The notes beneath the pieces were generated by a model. It made no database searches. It was given only the letters and a program-made list of their open reading frames with translations, and was not told where the DNA came from. A DNA stretch of 64,000 bases from Mobula hypostoma (Eukaryota), in contig NC_086107.1 in NCBI RefSeq assembly GCF_963921235.1, positions 107,200,001 to 107,264,000 of the forward strand, read 5' to 3'. This document shows, piece after piece, positions 24,571-37,765 of the stretch (positions are counted from its first letter, which is position 1; each line of letters opens with the position of its first letter). The position numbers and the translations under genes are program-made.

Positions 24571-25623
24571 CCATGCAGGGTGCCCAAACTTTTGCTTCAG
24601 GCCCTTTCCCTTTTTTGTTATTTTGAAACCGTAAAAGATGGAAATAAAAAAGTTTTCTTGCTTAAAATATTAACAAAATGTGTCATCTTTAACTTTATGC
24701 CTTTTGGAAATCAGTTCATCTTTTGCTCGCTTAGCTATTCATAGTAACAGAAATTTTGACCAGGGTGCCCAGACTTTTGCATGCCACTGTATATACTGAC
24801 TGTAATTTATATTTTTTTCTATTATTATGCATTGTGTTGTACTGCTGCTGCAAAGTTAACGAATTTCACGATAAATGCAGGCGATATTAAACCCGATTCT
24901 GATTCTGACATGGATAGGAAAGGTCAAGAGGGATATGGATCTAATGCTGGTAAATAGGATTAGCTCAGTTAGGTGAAATAGTCAGCACGGATGAGTTGGG
25001 CTGAAGGGTCGGTCCCTTTGTCCCCATTGTAGGAAACATCATCTTCACCTCCATTCTATCTAGGTCTTTCAATACTTGATAGGTTTCAATGAATTGCACA
25101 CTTCCCTCCCCCCACCCCCAATTCGAAACGCCAGTGAGCACAGGTCCATGGAAATCAAGCATGCCTCATACATTTTCACTTTCTTTCCAGGAATCATTTA
25201 CATGAATCTCCTCTGGATCCTCTCTAAACCAGCAAATCCTTTCTCAGATAGGACTAAAACCGCTCACAGTACTCCAGGTATGGTCTGACCAAAGTCTAAT
25301 AGTAGTACAGTTGACATTCAGGTTAGATATGAGGCCAAGATCCCACTTTCTCTCTCAAACAGATGTGGACCCCACAGGCTACTGTTGCTAAGAGATGACC
25401 AATTATTCCCTTTGGTTTCCAATGGCCGATATTTGTCATAACCAACAGAACCAAAATGTACTAACGGCTGCTTGTGGGATTTTGTGGTGTTCAAATTGGC
25501 TGCTGTATTTCCAGGGAATGGAGCATTTTAGCTGTAATTTTGGCTTTGAAGAAGAAGCGTGAGAGAATGATTAATGGAAGTATACAAAGATCATGAAAAG
25601 TTTAATCAAGGTAAGAAGAGAGA

Positions 25624-26732
25624 TGGCGGGGCGGAGATATGTCTCTACCAAAGCAGGTATAAGGTTCTCCTTCCCTTCACTAGCCTGCAGGTCACCCTTG
25701 GGCAAGGTGTAGCACCTGCTTAGCCCCCCTGATCAGAGTCACGTGAAGCCAAGGGAGCAGGCGGTGGGTGGTCGTATGAGCAGCTGGTGCATATCACAAG
25801 TCCTGGTTATGTGACCACTGACGCCAGGCAGACAATCTCTGAAGAGTATTGATAATGGCTGGGGGTCACCCGTCTGGTAAAGACACTGGCCAGAAGAAGG
25901 TCATGGCAAACCACTTTTGCAGAAGAATTTGCCAAGAACATAGAAACATAGAAACATAGAAAATAGGTGCAGGAGTAGGCCATTCATCCCTTCGAGCCTG
26001 CACTGCCATTCAGTATGATCATGGCTGATCATCCAACTCAGAACCCTGTACCTGCCTTCTCTCCATACCCCGCCGATCCCTTTAGCTACAAGGGCCATAT
26101 CTAACTCCCTCTTAAATATAGCCAATGAACTGGCCTCAACTGTTTCCTGTGGCGGAGAATTCCACAGATTCACCACTCTCTGTGTGAATGAGTTTTTTCT
26201 CATCTCGGTCCTAAAATGCTTCCCCTTTATCCTCAAACTGTGACCCCTCATTCTGGACTTCCCCAACACTGGGAACAATCTTCCTACATCTAGCCTGTCC
26301 AATCCCTTTAGAATTTTATACGTTTCAATCGGATCCCCCCTCAATCTTCCAAATTCCAGCAAGTATAAGCCTAGTCGATCCAGTCTTTCATCATATGAAA
26401 GTCCTGCCATCCCAGGAATCAATCTGGTGAACCTTCTTTGTACTCCCTCTATGGCAAGAATGTCTTTCCTCAGATTAGGGGACCAAAACTGCACACAATA
26501 CTCCAGGTGTGGTCTCACCAAGGCCTTGTACAACTGCAGTAGTACCTCCCTGCTCCTGTACTCTTGCTATGAATGCCAGCGTACCATTCGCCTTTTTCAC
26601 CGCCTGCTGTACCTGCATGCCCACCTTCAATGACTGGCGTACAATGACACCCAGGTCTCGTTGCAAGACCATGATCACGAGACCACAATCGCCTACGTCT
26701 TACGAAACGGCACATAATGGTGATAATGATGA
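25624..26732 (+). mobile_element. Non-autonomous RTE-type element split by a CR1 insertion
   Basis: BovB-like atggcaaaccactt...ttgccaaga motif and (GAT)n-like tail. Uninterrupted relatives at 40000-40408 (-) and 53630-53993 (+). Confidence 0.7.
25937..26662 (-). mobile_element. CR1 LINE 3' fragment
   Basis: YKALVRPHLEYCVQFWSPNLRKDILAIEGVQRRFTRLIPG. Tail (TTTCTATG)n at 25937-25962. Confidence 0.93.
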
Positions 26733-28796
26733 AGTTCCAAGGACCAAGGGCATACATTAAAAATGACGGGCAAAGGAAAATGCAGACGATTTCTTGCTGC
26801 CTCAGTAATGCAACTAGCATTATCAAAGACCCCAGCCTCCCTGGACATTCACTCCTCTCCCTAATCCGTTGGGCGGAAGGTATAAATCCCTGAAAGCACA
26901 CACCACCAGGCTCAAGGAGAACTTCTTCCCTGCTGTTGTAAGACAGTAAGTTAGATACTTGACTTCACAATCTACCTCGTTATGATTTAACACCCTTATG
27001 TGTACCTGCACTGCACTTTCTCATGAGCTGTTACACTTTATTTTGCATTATTGTCGCTTTACCTTGTTCTACCTCAATGCACTGTGTGATGATCTGATCT
27101 GTATGAACAGTAAACAAGACAAGTTTTGCACTGTATCTTGGTACACGAGGCAACAATGAACCCATTCCAATTGTAGTTCATCCATAACCTCAGAACTCCA
27201 AACATTCCCTCATTCCAATTGTTTTCAAAAGCACAATGGTTCTTGTTATTTGAGCAGTCAAACTATGGACAACAGTCCCAAAATCAAAATCAGGAAAATG
27301 AGCACTTTATATGGTTATGACTGAGGAGAACAGAGTGATAGTCAGATTGCAAAGACAACGGCCATTTGCAGTATATGCTATTGCTAACAGAATTAGCATT
27401 TCACTGGAATATCAACTGATAAGGATTTGACACTGAGCTCCAAAGGAAGATGTTAGGATTGGAGTCTGAAAATTTGGTCCAAGTGGTCGGGAGGCACAGT
27501 GCTTAGTGCTACTGTCTCACAGCTCCAGTGAGACAGGTTCGATCCAATCTGCGTGGTGTTTGCATGCTCTCTCTGTGTGGATTTCCCAGCTTCTCCAGTT
27601 TCCTGTCGCATTCCAAAGATGTGCAGGGTTGGTGACCTAATTGGCGATGCCGAATTGCCCTTGGTGTGTTGGTAAGGTTGGAAGAAAATCGGGAGGGAAG
27701 TAATAGGTACTTGAAATGGAATAGATCGCAGAGAACTGTGGGTGAATGAGATTGATGGGAATGCTCTAACAGCTAGCATGGACTTGACAGCCAGAATGAC
27801 TATTAGATTTTTGCGTAGTAGGGGAATTAGGGGTTATGGGGAAAAGGAAGGTAGGTGGAGATGAGTCCATGGCCAGATCAGCCACCATCTTATTGAATGG
27901 TGGAGCAGGCTCGATGGGCCAGATGGCCGACTCCTGCTCCTATTTCTTATGTTCTTATGACTTCATCTCCTCTTAGAGCAGGGGTTCCCAACCTTTTTTA
28001 TGCCAAAGACCCTTACTATTAGCTAAGCGATCCATTGCCTGTGGGTTGGGAAGCCACATTTTAGAGTCATAGATTCCTACGGAACAGAAATAGGCCACTC
28101 ATTCCATCTAGTCTGTGCTGGCCTGGTTTTCTGCCTAGTGTCATCCACCCGCACTGGACCATAGCCCTCCATAGCTCTCTCATCCATGAACCTATACAAA
28201 CTTCTCTTAAATATTTGAAACCGCATCTACCACTCTCTTAAGAAGATAAAACACAGAAATAACTTCCTATCATTCACCTTATGCTTGAAGGAATATGTCA
28301 AAGAAAGAGAGATGGAGGGACTTAGGATGGGAATTTTAGAGCTTGGAGTCTAGGCAGCAAATGGTAGGAAACGTCATGAGGACAGATTAAGGTAGGACAT
28401 CAACTTGGTGAAGAACGCATTGTGGTCCACCATTGAGAACACTTACGTGGAGCGCTGCCACACAGAAGCAGCGTCCATCATCAAAGATCATCTCCGTCCA
28501 GGCCATGCTCTCATATTGCACAACTGTCGGGCAGGAGTTACATAAGCTTTAACTCCTACACCATGAAGCTTCACTCATCACTAATCTTAACTGATTCTAC
28601 GACCTACAGACTAATTTTCAAGGAATCTTTACAAAGTCAAACTGAAAATCAGTGTAAAATTTATTATCAAAGCACATTTAGATTTCTATATACTACCCAG
28701 AGATTCATTTTCTTGCAGACATTTACAGGAAAAGACATACTCATGTTCTCAGTATTACTTTTTATTTGCACAGTTTGTCTTATTTTGCACATTGGT

Positions 28797-29400
28797 TAGA
28801 GTCATAGAGCAATAGAAATGTACAGCAGAGAAACAGGCCCTTCGCCCATCTAATCCATGCTGAAACCACTTAAGCTGCCTACTCTCATCGACCTGCACTG
28901 GGTCTATCGCCCTCCATATCCCTACCATCCATGTACATATCCAAACTTTGCTTAAACGTTGAAAGCTCGTTCCATACTCTCACCACCGTCTGAGTGAAGA
29001 AGTTGCCCTTTATGTTCCTCTTCAACTTTTCACCTTTCACCCTTAACCCATGACCTCTAGTTGTAGTCCCATCCAACCTCAGTGGAGAAAGCCTGCTTGC
29101 ATTTACCCTATCTATACCCCTCATAATTTTCTATACCTCTATCAAGTCTCCCTCTCAATCTTCTACGTTCAAAGGAATGAAGTCTTAACCTATTCAATCC
29201 TTCCTTATAAATCAGGTCCTCCAGACCCGGCAACATCTTTGTAAATTTTCTCTGCACTCTTTCAAACTTGTTTACATCTTTCCCGTAGGTAGGTGACCAA
29301 AACTGCATACAATACTCGAAATTAGGCCTCATCGATGTCTCGTACAACTTCAACATAACATCCCATCTCCTGTACACAATACTTTGGTTTATGAAGGCCA
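28797..29400 (-). mobile_element. CR1 LINE 3' fragment
   Basis: RPNFEYCMQFWSPTYGKDVNKFERVQRKFTKMLPGL and TTTRGHGLRVKG. Confidence 0.88.
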
Positions 29401-29819
29401 GTTGTTTGTCAGTCTTTGTTTACGTATGGTTTTTCATAAATTCTTTTGCCTTTATTTTTGCTGTAAGTGCCTACAAGAAAATGGATCTCAAAGTAGTAAC
29501 ATGTACTTTAATAATAAATTTACTTTGAACTTGAACTTTGGATTGCATGAAGCTTGTTGTTCGAGCAGTGTGAAGAGATATTTTCAAGTGTGTGCTGCCA
29601 ATTGGCACGTTCCAAGGTGTAGGACTGCCCACCAAGAGGTTCACTGAAGTTTGGTACAGTCAGCACAAAGGGCAATGGTTGGGAGTCTTGTCACCACTGG
29701 AAGCTGAAGGGCTGGGACCTGCACACCAGCCTTCATGGGCACATCATTCAAGGTGGATGCACAAGTGTTGTCGATACATTGTAAAAGAATGGATTGAAAT
29801 TATAGCACAATGCATTTTG

Positions 29820-30292
29820 AGAAAAATATGTCACAAGGATATTGCTGGGACTTGAGGACCTAAATTAGAGGGAACAGTTGAAGAGATTACCACCTTATTC
29901 ACTGGAGCATTGGGAAATGAGGGGAGATTTAAAGGAGGTATGCAAAATTATGAGGGGTACAGATAGGGTAAATACAAGCAGGCTTTTTCCACTGAGAATG
30001 GGCGAGACTACAACCAGAGGTCATGGGTTAAGGGTGAAAAGTGAAAAGCTTAAGGGGTAACATGAGGGGGAGATTCTTCATCCAGAGGGAGGTGCGAGTG
30101 TGGAATAAGCTGCCAGCGGAAATAGTGGAAGTGGGTTCGATTTCAACATTTAAGAGAAGTTTGGATAAGTACATGGATGGGAGAGGTATGGAGGGCGATG
30201 GTCCAGGTGCAGGTTGATGGGATTTGACAGAGTAATAGTTCAGCATGGACTAGATGGACCGAAGGGTCTGTTTTGGTGCTGCAGTGCTCTAT
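29820..30292 (+). mobile_element. CR1 LINE 3' fragment
   Basis: MRGDLKEVCKIMRGTDRVN...TTTRGHGLRVK and CR1 3' UTR. Confidence 0.88.
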
Positions 30293-30418
30293 GATGGCAT
30301 GGCTCTAATCATATTTGCTGAATATATTATGAATAAAGTATATTTTTGAAGTTTAAAAAATATAAATTAAGTTGGGAATTGCAGTGAGTTCAGAGGATGG
30401 GAATTTTAAAATTGAGTT

Positions 30419-30442
30419 CACACACACACACACACACACACA
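30419..30442. repeat. (CA)12 microsatellite
   Basis: Read directly. Confidence 0.95.
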
Positions 30443-31017
30443 TTAAATCCTCCCCAGCAAGGTGTTGGGGCAGCAGATCATAGAACCTCGCGCAATGGTC
30501 AACATGGCTCGTTGGACAGAATCCCCGTCATCTTCCGCCTGCCACCATTTGACCCAGAGGAGTACCTGAGTTGGTGGAGGGCAGCACACATCCAGTTCAG
30601 GCCTCGCCATATCCACCAGATGGGAAAAAACATCCCACCTGGGACCCTGAAAGCTCAGGATGGAACGCCGAGCCATCTGGAAAGACTGTTCATGCGATCG
30701 TACAGTGCCCTGGGCTGCTCCTGGGGCTAATAAGCCTCCAGCAGACAGGTGGTCAAACCAAGGCAGTTTGTAGGGCGGGCAGTGCCATGCTCTGTTTCCA
30801 GCTCACTAACACAGCCACCCCCGGCTTCCAGCATGGCAGACGGCCCATCCTGCTCTCCACGGAAACTTGCTTTTGTTAATAAAATAACACGACTGAAGAA
30901 CGGAGGTAACCCTCAGCTCTGTAAACCTGTTGGGGGAGTTCCTTCTTAAAGGCTGGGAGCTGGCTCTCCTGTAAGCTGTGTTCAGTCAGTTCAGAGCCTT
31001 GGGACATATTGTATTCA

Positions 31018-31377
31018 CACTCAGTGGCCACTTTATTAGGTACACCTGTACACCTGCTCATTAATGCAAATACCTAACCAGCCAATCATGTAGCAGCAAC
31101 TTAATGTATAAGGGCATGCACATATGGTCAAGAGGTTCAGATGTTGTTCAGACCAAACGTCAGAATAGGGGAGAAATGTGACCCTGGCCGTGGAATATTT
31201 GTTGGTGCCAGATGGGGTGGTTTGAGTATCGCAGAAAACGCTGATCTCTGGGGATTTTCATGCACAACAGTCTCTAGGATTTAGAAAGTGGTGTGAAAGA
31301 TCACAAACATACATTCAGTTGTCATTTTATTAGGTACAGGGGATTCAGGAAGTACCTAATAAAATGGCCACGGAGGG
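31018..31377 (+). mobile_element. Tc1-family non-autonomous element with a mini TIR-TIR hairpin at its right end
   Basis: 5' TIR cactcagtggccactttattaggtac and 3' TIR gtacctaataaaatggccacggaggg followed by ta. A second 5'-type TIR lies at 31313-31337. A solo TIR lies at about 45826-45851. Confidence 0.8.
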
Positions 31378-31771
31378 TAAATTGGTTTATTATTATCACA
31401 AGTACCTAGGCAGGGTGAAAATAATTGTTTTGCATGCCATCCATATAGTTCATTTCATCTCGTCAGTACACACCAAAGAAAACAATAACAGAAGGCGGAA
31501 TAAAGGCACTGCAATTACAGAGAAAGTGCCGTGCATTAGGCCATTTGGCTTGTCGAATCTGCTCCACCATTCCGTCATAGCTGATTTATTATCCTTCTCA
31601 AAACCATTCTGATGCTTTCTCCCCGTACCCTTTGACATCCTGACTAATCAAGAAGCTATTAACCTTAGCTCTAAATATACCCATTGACTTGGCCTCCACA
31701 GCCACCTATGGCAATGATTTCCACAGATTACTAACCTCTGGCTAAAGAAATTCCTCCTCATCTCTGTTCTA

Positions 31772-32283
31772 ATCGGAATCTCCGGAGCAGAAGGCCCCGA
31801 AATCCTCGGCTTTGCTTGTTTCAGTGGCCGGGGCTAGGTCAAAGGCGCTCGGCAGAGGATGGCGCTTGGGAGGTTGTATCGGAGGGGCTGGTCGGAAGCT
31901 CGAAGTTTTCGGACGGACGGACTCAGTGTCGGCTGTAGTCAGCTGCTTCCAAAGCATTGGCAAGTTGACGGCGCCTGGAAGTTTATGGCAGGGAGTTTCT
32001 CCCTTTTGCCACCTGCTATCGGGGACTCGGGAGTCGATCGACTCGGGGACATTGAGACTATTTTTACCGTGCCCATGGTTTGTTCTTCATCAAATTATGG
32101 TATTGCTTTGCACTGCTGTAACTATATGTTATAATTATGTGGTTCTGTCAGTGTTAGTCTTTGGTTTGTCCTGTTTTCTGTGATATCACTCCGGAGAAAC
32201 ATTGTATAATTTCTTAATGCATGTATGCATTTCTAAATGACAATAAAAGAGGACTGAGTGTTCTCATAATCTAATCTAATCTA
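31772..32283 (+). mobile_element. Non-autonomous element related to the 47305 family, inserted in a CR1 3' end
   Basis: Shared 3' part, gaggactgagtgttctc stem-loop and (TAATC)n tail. The host CR1 resumes at ctaaagggac. Confidence 0.8.
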
Positions 32284-32344
32284 AAGGGACATCCTCGTAT
32301 TCTGAGGTTGTGCCTCCTGGTCCTAGGCTCCCCCACTATAAGAA

Positions 32345-32990
32345 ACGTCAAAGGCAAAGCCATGGCACAATAGATTGTGAGACCAAGAGTTCTTTTTCTC
32401 ATACCAGGGGACCATTCAGTAGTCTTATAGCAGCGGGATAGAAGCTGTCCTTGAGCCTGGTAGCATCTGCTTTCAGGCTTCTGTATCTTCTCCCTGATGG
32501 GAGGAGAATGTCTGGAGTGGAGGGATATTTGATGATGCTGGCTACTACACGGAGGCAGCAAGAAGTGTGGACAGAGTACGTGGAGGGGTGGCTGGTTTCC
32601 ACGATGTGCTGAACTGTGTCCACAGCCCTCTGCAGCTCCTTGCAGAACAGCTGCCATTGCACGCCGTGGTGTATCCAGATACTTTCAATGATGTTTCAGT
32701 AAAAGTCGGTGAGGGTCAAATGGGACATGCCAAAATTCTTTAGCCTCGTGAGGAAGTTGAGACACTGATGCACTTTCTTGGCGGTGGTGTCAATGTTGTT
32801 GGAGCAAGAGAGGCATGACTTGAGATGATGATCAGTCCTAGGAATTTGATGAACTCAACCCCTCTTGACCTCAGCACCATTACTTTAAGCAGGAGAGTAC
32901 GTACTGCACCCCCACCCCTGCTTCCTGAGGTCAATGACCAGCTCTTTTGTTTTGAGCATGAAAGCACTTGGGTTTGTTTCTTCACTGTCA
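32345..32990 (-). mobile_element. Older Rex1/Babar LINE fragment
   Basis: ELQRAVDTVQHI...LLPSGRRYRSLKADATRLKDSFYPAAIRLLN. Confidence 0.8.
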
Positions 32991-33331
32991 CGCCGCACCA
33001 CCTATTTTTTTAAAATTTTCTTTTCTTTATTTCATTTAAAGATACGCATGGAATAAGCCCCTCTGGACCTTTGAGCTGCAGCACCCAGCAACCCTCGACA
33101 ATCCCGACTTAATCCCAACTGAACTACAGGACAGTGTACAATGACCAATTAACCTACCTGGTATGTCTTTGGACTGCGAGAAGAAACTGGATGATGTGTG
33201 AAAACCCACACATTCCATAGGGAGGACATACAGAGACTTCTTACAGAGGATACTTGGACTGAATTCCGAACTCTGACGCCCCAGGTTGCAATAGCGTCAC
33301 GCTAACCACTACACTACGTTTCCCATTCCTG

Positions 33332-33800
33332 TACTGTTACATATGACCCACAATGAATTATGTAAACAACAAAGCTTAATCAAACAATATGTTTACAATA
33401 TTACTCAAATATTACTGAAATATTAAATACAAAGCATTCATCCCTGCTTAGCTATGAACTCTAACTCAATATAGAATGCACCTCAACTCAAATATGCAAC
33501 ATATTGCTCTCTAGTCATCTTACACACACACCAATTTTTAATTTTTAATTTGTCCATTCAGGCCTAAAGATTTAATCCTTATTGAACCCTGTTGACTGAT
33601 GCATGGACAATCGATTGGGCCACCTACATGTGGGAGACACTTTCTTTTGGTTGTGAGCTTTTGAGTTCACGTCTTTTTGTCTCAGCGGATTCCCGCGCTG
33701 TAAGTTGTCTGGCACGTACCGTTACTGACAGTAAAAAGCGCTTAATCATACTACTCCATTGCTATTCTTGTTCCGCACCTATGTAGCATTTAGTGATGGG
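33332..33800 (-). mobile_element. Probable deleted Gypsy LTR-retrotransposon remnant
   Basis: Minus strand has a pol-end-like LNL* (ttaaatctttag), then a PPT-like ctaagcaggga, then an AT-rich LTR-like tract starting tgtattt. Assignment is from recalled motifs only. Confidence 0.4.
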
Positions 33801-36800
33801 GATCAAAACAAAATCAATGGCTGCTCTACCATGAGCACCCAGTCCACTTTTGGCTGCAGCTATGGCAAAACCAACCCCTGATACTAGCTGCAGTGGAAAA
33901 CCACCTCCATGGACTTCATCGAACTCCTACCATTACTAACGTGACTCAGTAAAAGTATTTAATCCTACTGCTCTTTGTCATACTTGTTCCATGCATACAT
34001 AACATTTATGACCCAGGAGACCATTTTAGTCCATTGAATCTATGCTAGTTCAAAGAACAATGTTATTCGAATCCTATTCTCGTTATTCCTTTTTCTTTGC
34101 AGTACTAATATTTGTAACTTACAGATTTTTATATGTAAACAGCAAATTTCACATTGTATGTCAGTGATAGTAAACCTGAGTCTGATGCTAATCCTTCCTG
34201 TAGAGTCACCGAGACATATAACATGGGAACAGGCCCTTCAGTCCATCAAATTTGTACTGACCCTCAACCATCCATTTACACCAAATACACTTTAATTCTA
34301 CATTATAATCAATCAACTATCTCTCTCCCACACACCCCCCCCCACCACCAGCAAGGGGTAGCACTGTACTGTAGTAATTAGCGTAACGTTTTACAGCGCT
34401 GGCTGTAAGATGGCGGTTTAATTCCTGCTGCTGCTGTCTGTAAGGAGTTTGTACGTGCTCTCCATGGCCGTGAGCTCCAGCTTCTGCCCATATTCCAAAG
34501 ACAGGCAGGTTAGGATTAGTGTGCCATGGGCATGATGTGTTGGCACTGGGAGCGTGGCGACACTTGCGGGGCTGCACAACACAACCCTCGCTGGTTCGAT
34601 TTAACACAAATGATACCTGTCACCGCGTGATTCGAATGTACATGTGGCAAATAAGGCTAATAGCTCTTGTTGTTCAGATTCCACCAGTCAACAACACAGA
34701 ATTTACCATGGCCGACGAGCCTGCCAGTTTTCGGGATGCGGGAGGAAACTGGAGCACCAGGAGGGAACCCATATGGTCACAGGGAGAACGTGCAAACCCC
34801 ACTGGAAGTCAGGACTGATCACAGGAGCTGGAGCTGGGGCTGGGGGGACAGATTCTCTGTGCCATCCCAAGTGAAAGATGGCTTAGCAGGGGCTGGAGTC
34901 GCAAAATGCCCTTCTGGCTATTAGACTTGCTACTCTACCGGCATATGACCACCAGGCTCATAGACCTGTCCATCCTTGTACCTTAAGACCAAAATCCATT
35001 AAGACATAGGAGCAGAATTAGACTATTCAATCTATCAAGCCTGCTCTACCATTCCACCATGGCTGATTTATTATCCCTCTCAACCCCGTACCCATGCCTT
35101 ATCCCCATTACATTTGATGCCCTTGCTAATCACAAACCATCAACCTCTGCTTTAAATATATCCGATGACTTGCCTCCACAGCCAATCTGTGGCAATAAGT
35201 TCCATAGATTCACCGACCACTGGCTAATAAAGAAATTCCTCCTCATCTCTGTTCCAAAGGAAAATCCTTGTATTTATTTATTTATTTGTTTGTTTGTTTG
35301 TTTGTTGTATATATTTATTGAGATACAGTGCAGAATAGGCCCTTCCAGCCCTTTCAGCCACGGCACCCAGCAATCCCCTAATTTAACCCTAGTTTAATCA
35401 CAGTACAATTTACAATGACCGATCATCCTACCAACTAGTACGTCTTTCAGGAAACCAGAGCACCCGGAAGAAACCCATGCGGCCAAGGGGAGAACGTACA
35501 AACTTCTTATAGACAGTGGGGGGGTGGTTATCCTTCTATTCTGAGGGTGTTCCCTCCAGTCCTGGACTCCCCTTACTATAGGAAACACCTTCTCAACATT
35601 CACTCTATCGAGACCTTCCAACATTCGATAGGTTTCACTGAGGTCACCCCTCATTCTTCTGAATTCCAGGGAGTAGAGACCCGGAGCCATCAAACGCTCC
35701 TCAGATGACAAGCCCTTTTTCATTCCTGGGATCATTTTTGTCATCTTCCTTTTGAACTCTTTCCAATCTCCTTTCTTAGATAAGAGGCCGGAAACTGCTT
35801 GGAATCCTCCAAGTGTGGTCTGACCAATGCCTTATAAAGCCTCATCTTTCTGTGTTTTCTGCGTTACCAGAAGCGAAGTAAATTAAACTATAATAGATCA
35901 ATAACAGCCTGATGCCTGTTCAATAATCTCCTCTCTAGATTACCCAATAATGTTACATGAGGCATGAATTGGCAAAGCTATGTAAAAATTCAATGCTCTG
36001 TTCTGTTTTCAGTATTGTTACCATGGTTCCGTGGGCAGTATTCTCACCTTGGAGTGAGCTGCCTCTGCGCTCCAGAAATTCCAGACCTGCTACTCCCAGC
36101 AACCAACGTTCAGCCCGGGATGCTGACTTTCAGACTGACGAACCGATCGCTCCTCAGCATTGAAAGATGCCTGCCTCCATTCCCATGTTCTCTCTGGGGT
36201 CCTCCACGGTGTTTATCTCTTGGAAAACATCATTAAAACACTCAGCTTATTGGAATAGCTGATGGGTTCTGGCCGTGTTCAGATAGGCTATTGCATTTCC
36301 TACTCTAGAGCACGGTAGTGTTGTGGTTAGTGCAATGCTTTTACTGTGCCAGCGACCTGGGTTCAATTCCTGTCGCTGTCTATAAGGAGTTAGTGCGTTC
36401 TCCCTGTGACCATGTGGGTTTTCTCCCAGTGCTCCGGTTTCCTCCCACATTCCGAAGACGTGCGGGTTAGTAGGTTACTTGGGCAGCACAGGCTCGTTGG
36501 GAGGATAGGCCTGTTACTGTGCTGTATCTCTGAATAAAATTTTTGTAAAACTACTTTGATAATAACGTCAACTGGTGGCGTAGTGACATCAGTGCCGGAC
36601 TTCGGAGTGAAAGCTCCCAAGTTCGAATCCAGCCGGCTCCCTTGCATGCTTTCCATCCGTGCTGGGTTGTGCGTCGAGCTAGCAACCCGGCCTCGTAAAA
36701 ATAAGAAAGCCTGGCGTCCCAATGACTCCACTCGGAGTTAAGGGCTTTCTTCTTCTTCTTTGATAATAAGCTGTCCATGAATTGATTTGAGACTGGGTGA

Positions 36801-36896
36801 GATCATGAAAGATGCCACATTTATTTGTTAATTTTGCGATACAGTGCAGAACAGGCCCCTTCCAGTCATACAAGCTGCACCAACCAGCAACCCAGG

Positions 36897-37449
36897 CGAC
36901 ACACACAAAATGCTGGAGGAACTCAGCAGGTCAGGTAGCTTCTAGGGAAAAGAGTGAACAGTCGACGTTTCAGGCTGAGAGCCTTCTTCAGGACTGGAGA
37001 AGAAAAGATGAGGAGTCAGGGTTAGGAGGGGGAGGGGAGGAAGAAACACAGGGTGAAAGGTGAAACTGGGATGGGGGGAGGGGTGAAGGAAAGAGCTGGG
37101 AAGTTGATTGGTGAAAGAGAGACAGGGCAGGAGAAGGGGGAATCTAACAGGAGAGGACAGAAGGATATGGAAGAAAGAAAAAGGGGGAGGAGCACCGGAG
37201 GGAGGTGAAGAGTGGGCAAGGAGGTAAGGTGAGAGAGGGAAAAGGGGATGGGGAATAGAAAAGGAGTGGGAGGACCACTACCAGAAGTTTGAGAAATCGA
37301 TGTTCATGCCATTAGGTAGGAGGCTACCCAGATGGAATATAACGTGTTGCTCCTCCAACCTGTGTGTGGCCTCATCACAGCAGTACAGAAGGCCATGTTG
37401 GAATAGAAATGGGAAGTGGAATTAAAATGGGTGAGCACTGGGAGATCCT
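36897..37449 (-). mobile_element. Penelope-like element 3' end inserted into a V-SINE
   Basis: Same family as 5667-6236. 10-bp TSD ccagcaaccc at 36884-36893 and 37451-37460. The split V-SINE halves lie on either side. Confidence 0.88.
36959..36996 (-). ncRNA. Minimal type-I hammerhead ribozyme, apparently intact
   Basis: Minus strand reads cagtc CTGAAGA aggct-ctc-agcct GAAAC GTC^gactg, with perfect 5-bp helix I, 5-bp helix II and a GUC triplet. Confidence 0.78.
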
Positions 37450-37765
37450 CCCAGCAACCCCCCTACTTAACACCTAGCTTAATGGAAGGGTAATTTACAA
37501 TGACTGATTAACCTACCAACTGGCTCGCCTTTGGGGTGTGGGAGGAAACCAGAGCACCCAGAGGAAACCCACGCAGTCGCAGTACAGACGGAGCCGGAAT
37601 TGAACCCTGCACTGTGAAACGCCCTGAGCTGTAACAGCGTCATATCAACCGTCATGCTACGGTGGTACCCGAAGTACTCTTTTAGGAAAAGTTTGGATAA
37701 GTATACGAATGGGAGGGGTATGGTCCGGGTACCGATCCATGGGACTAGGCAGAATAATAGTTCAT

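Larger units (their letters stand above)
23247..24789. mobile_element. Tc1/mariner (IR/DR type) fold-back non-autonomous element
   Basis: TIRs cagtggcgtgcaaaagtttgggcaccc / gggtgcccagacttttgcatgccactg with TA TSD (23245-46, 24790-91). Inner direct repeat near 23441. Transposase motifs QQDNDPK[H/R] and SPDLN on both strands, WTDE on the plus arm. Confidence 0.95.
22600..24910 (+). mobile_element. Rex1/Babar LINE 3' fragment interrupted by the Tc1 fold-back
   Basis: Rex1 coding remnants at 22600-23165. The 3' UTR resumes at 24790 and ends gattctgattctga. Confidence 0.85.
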
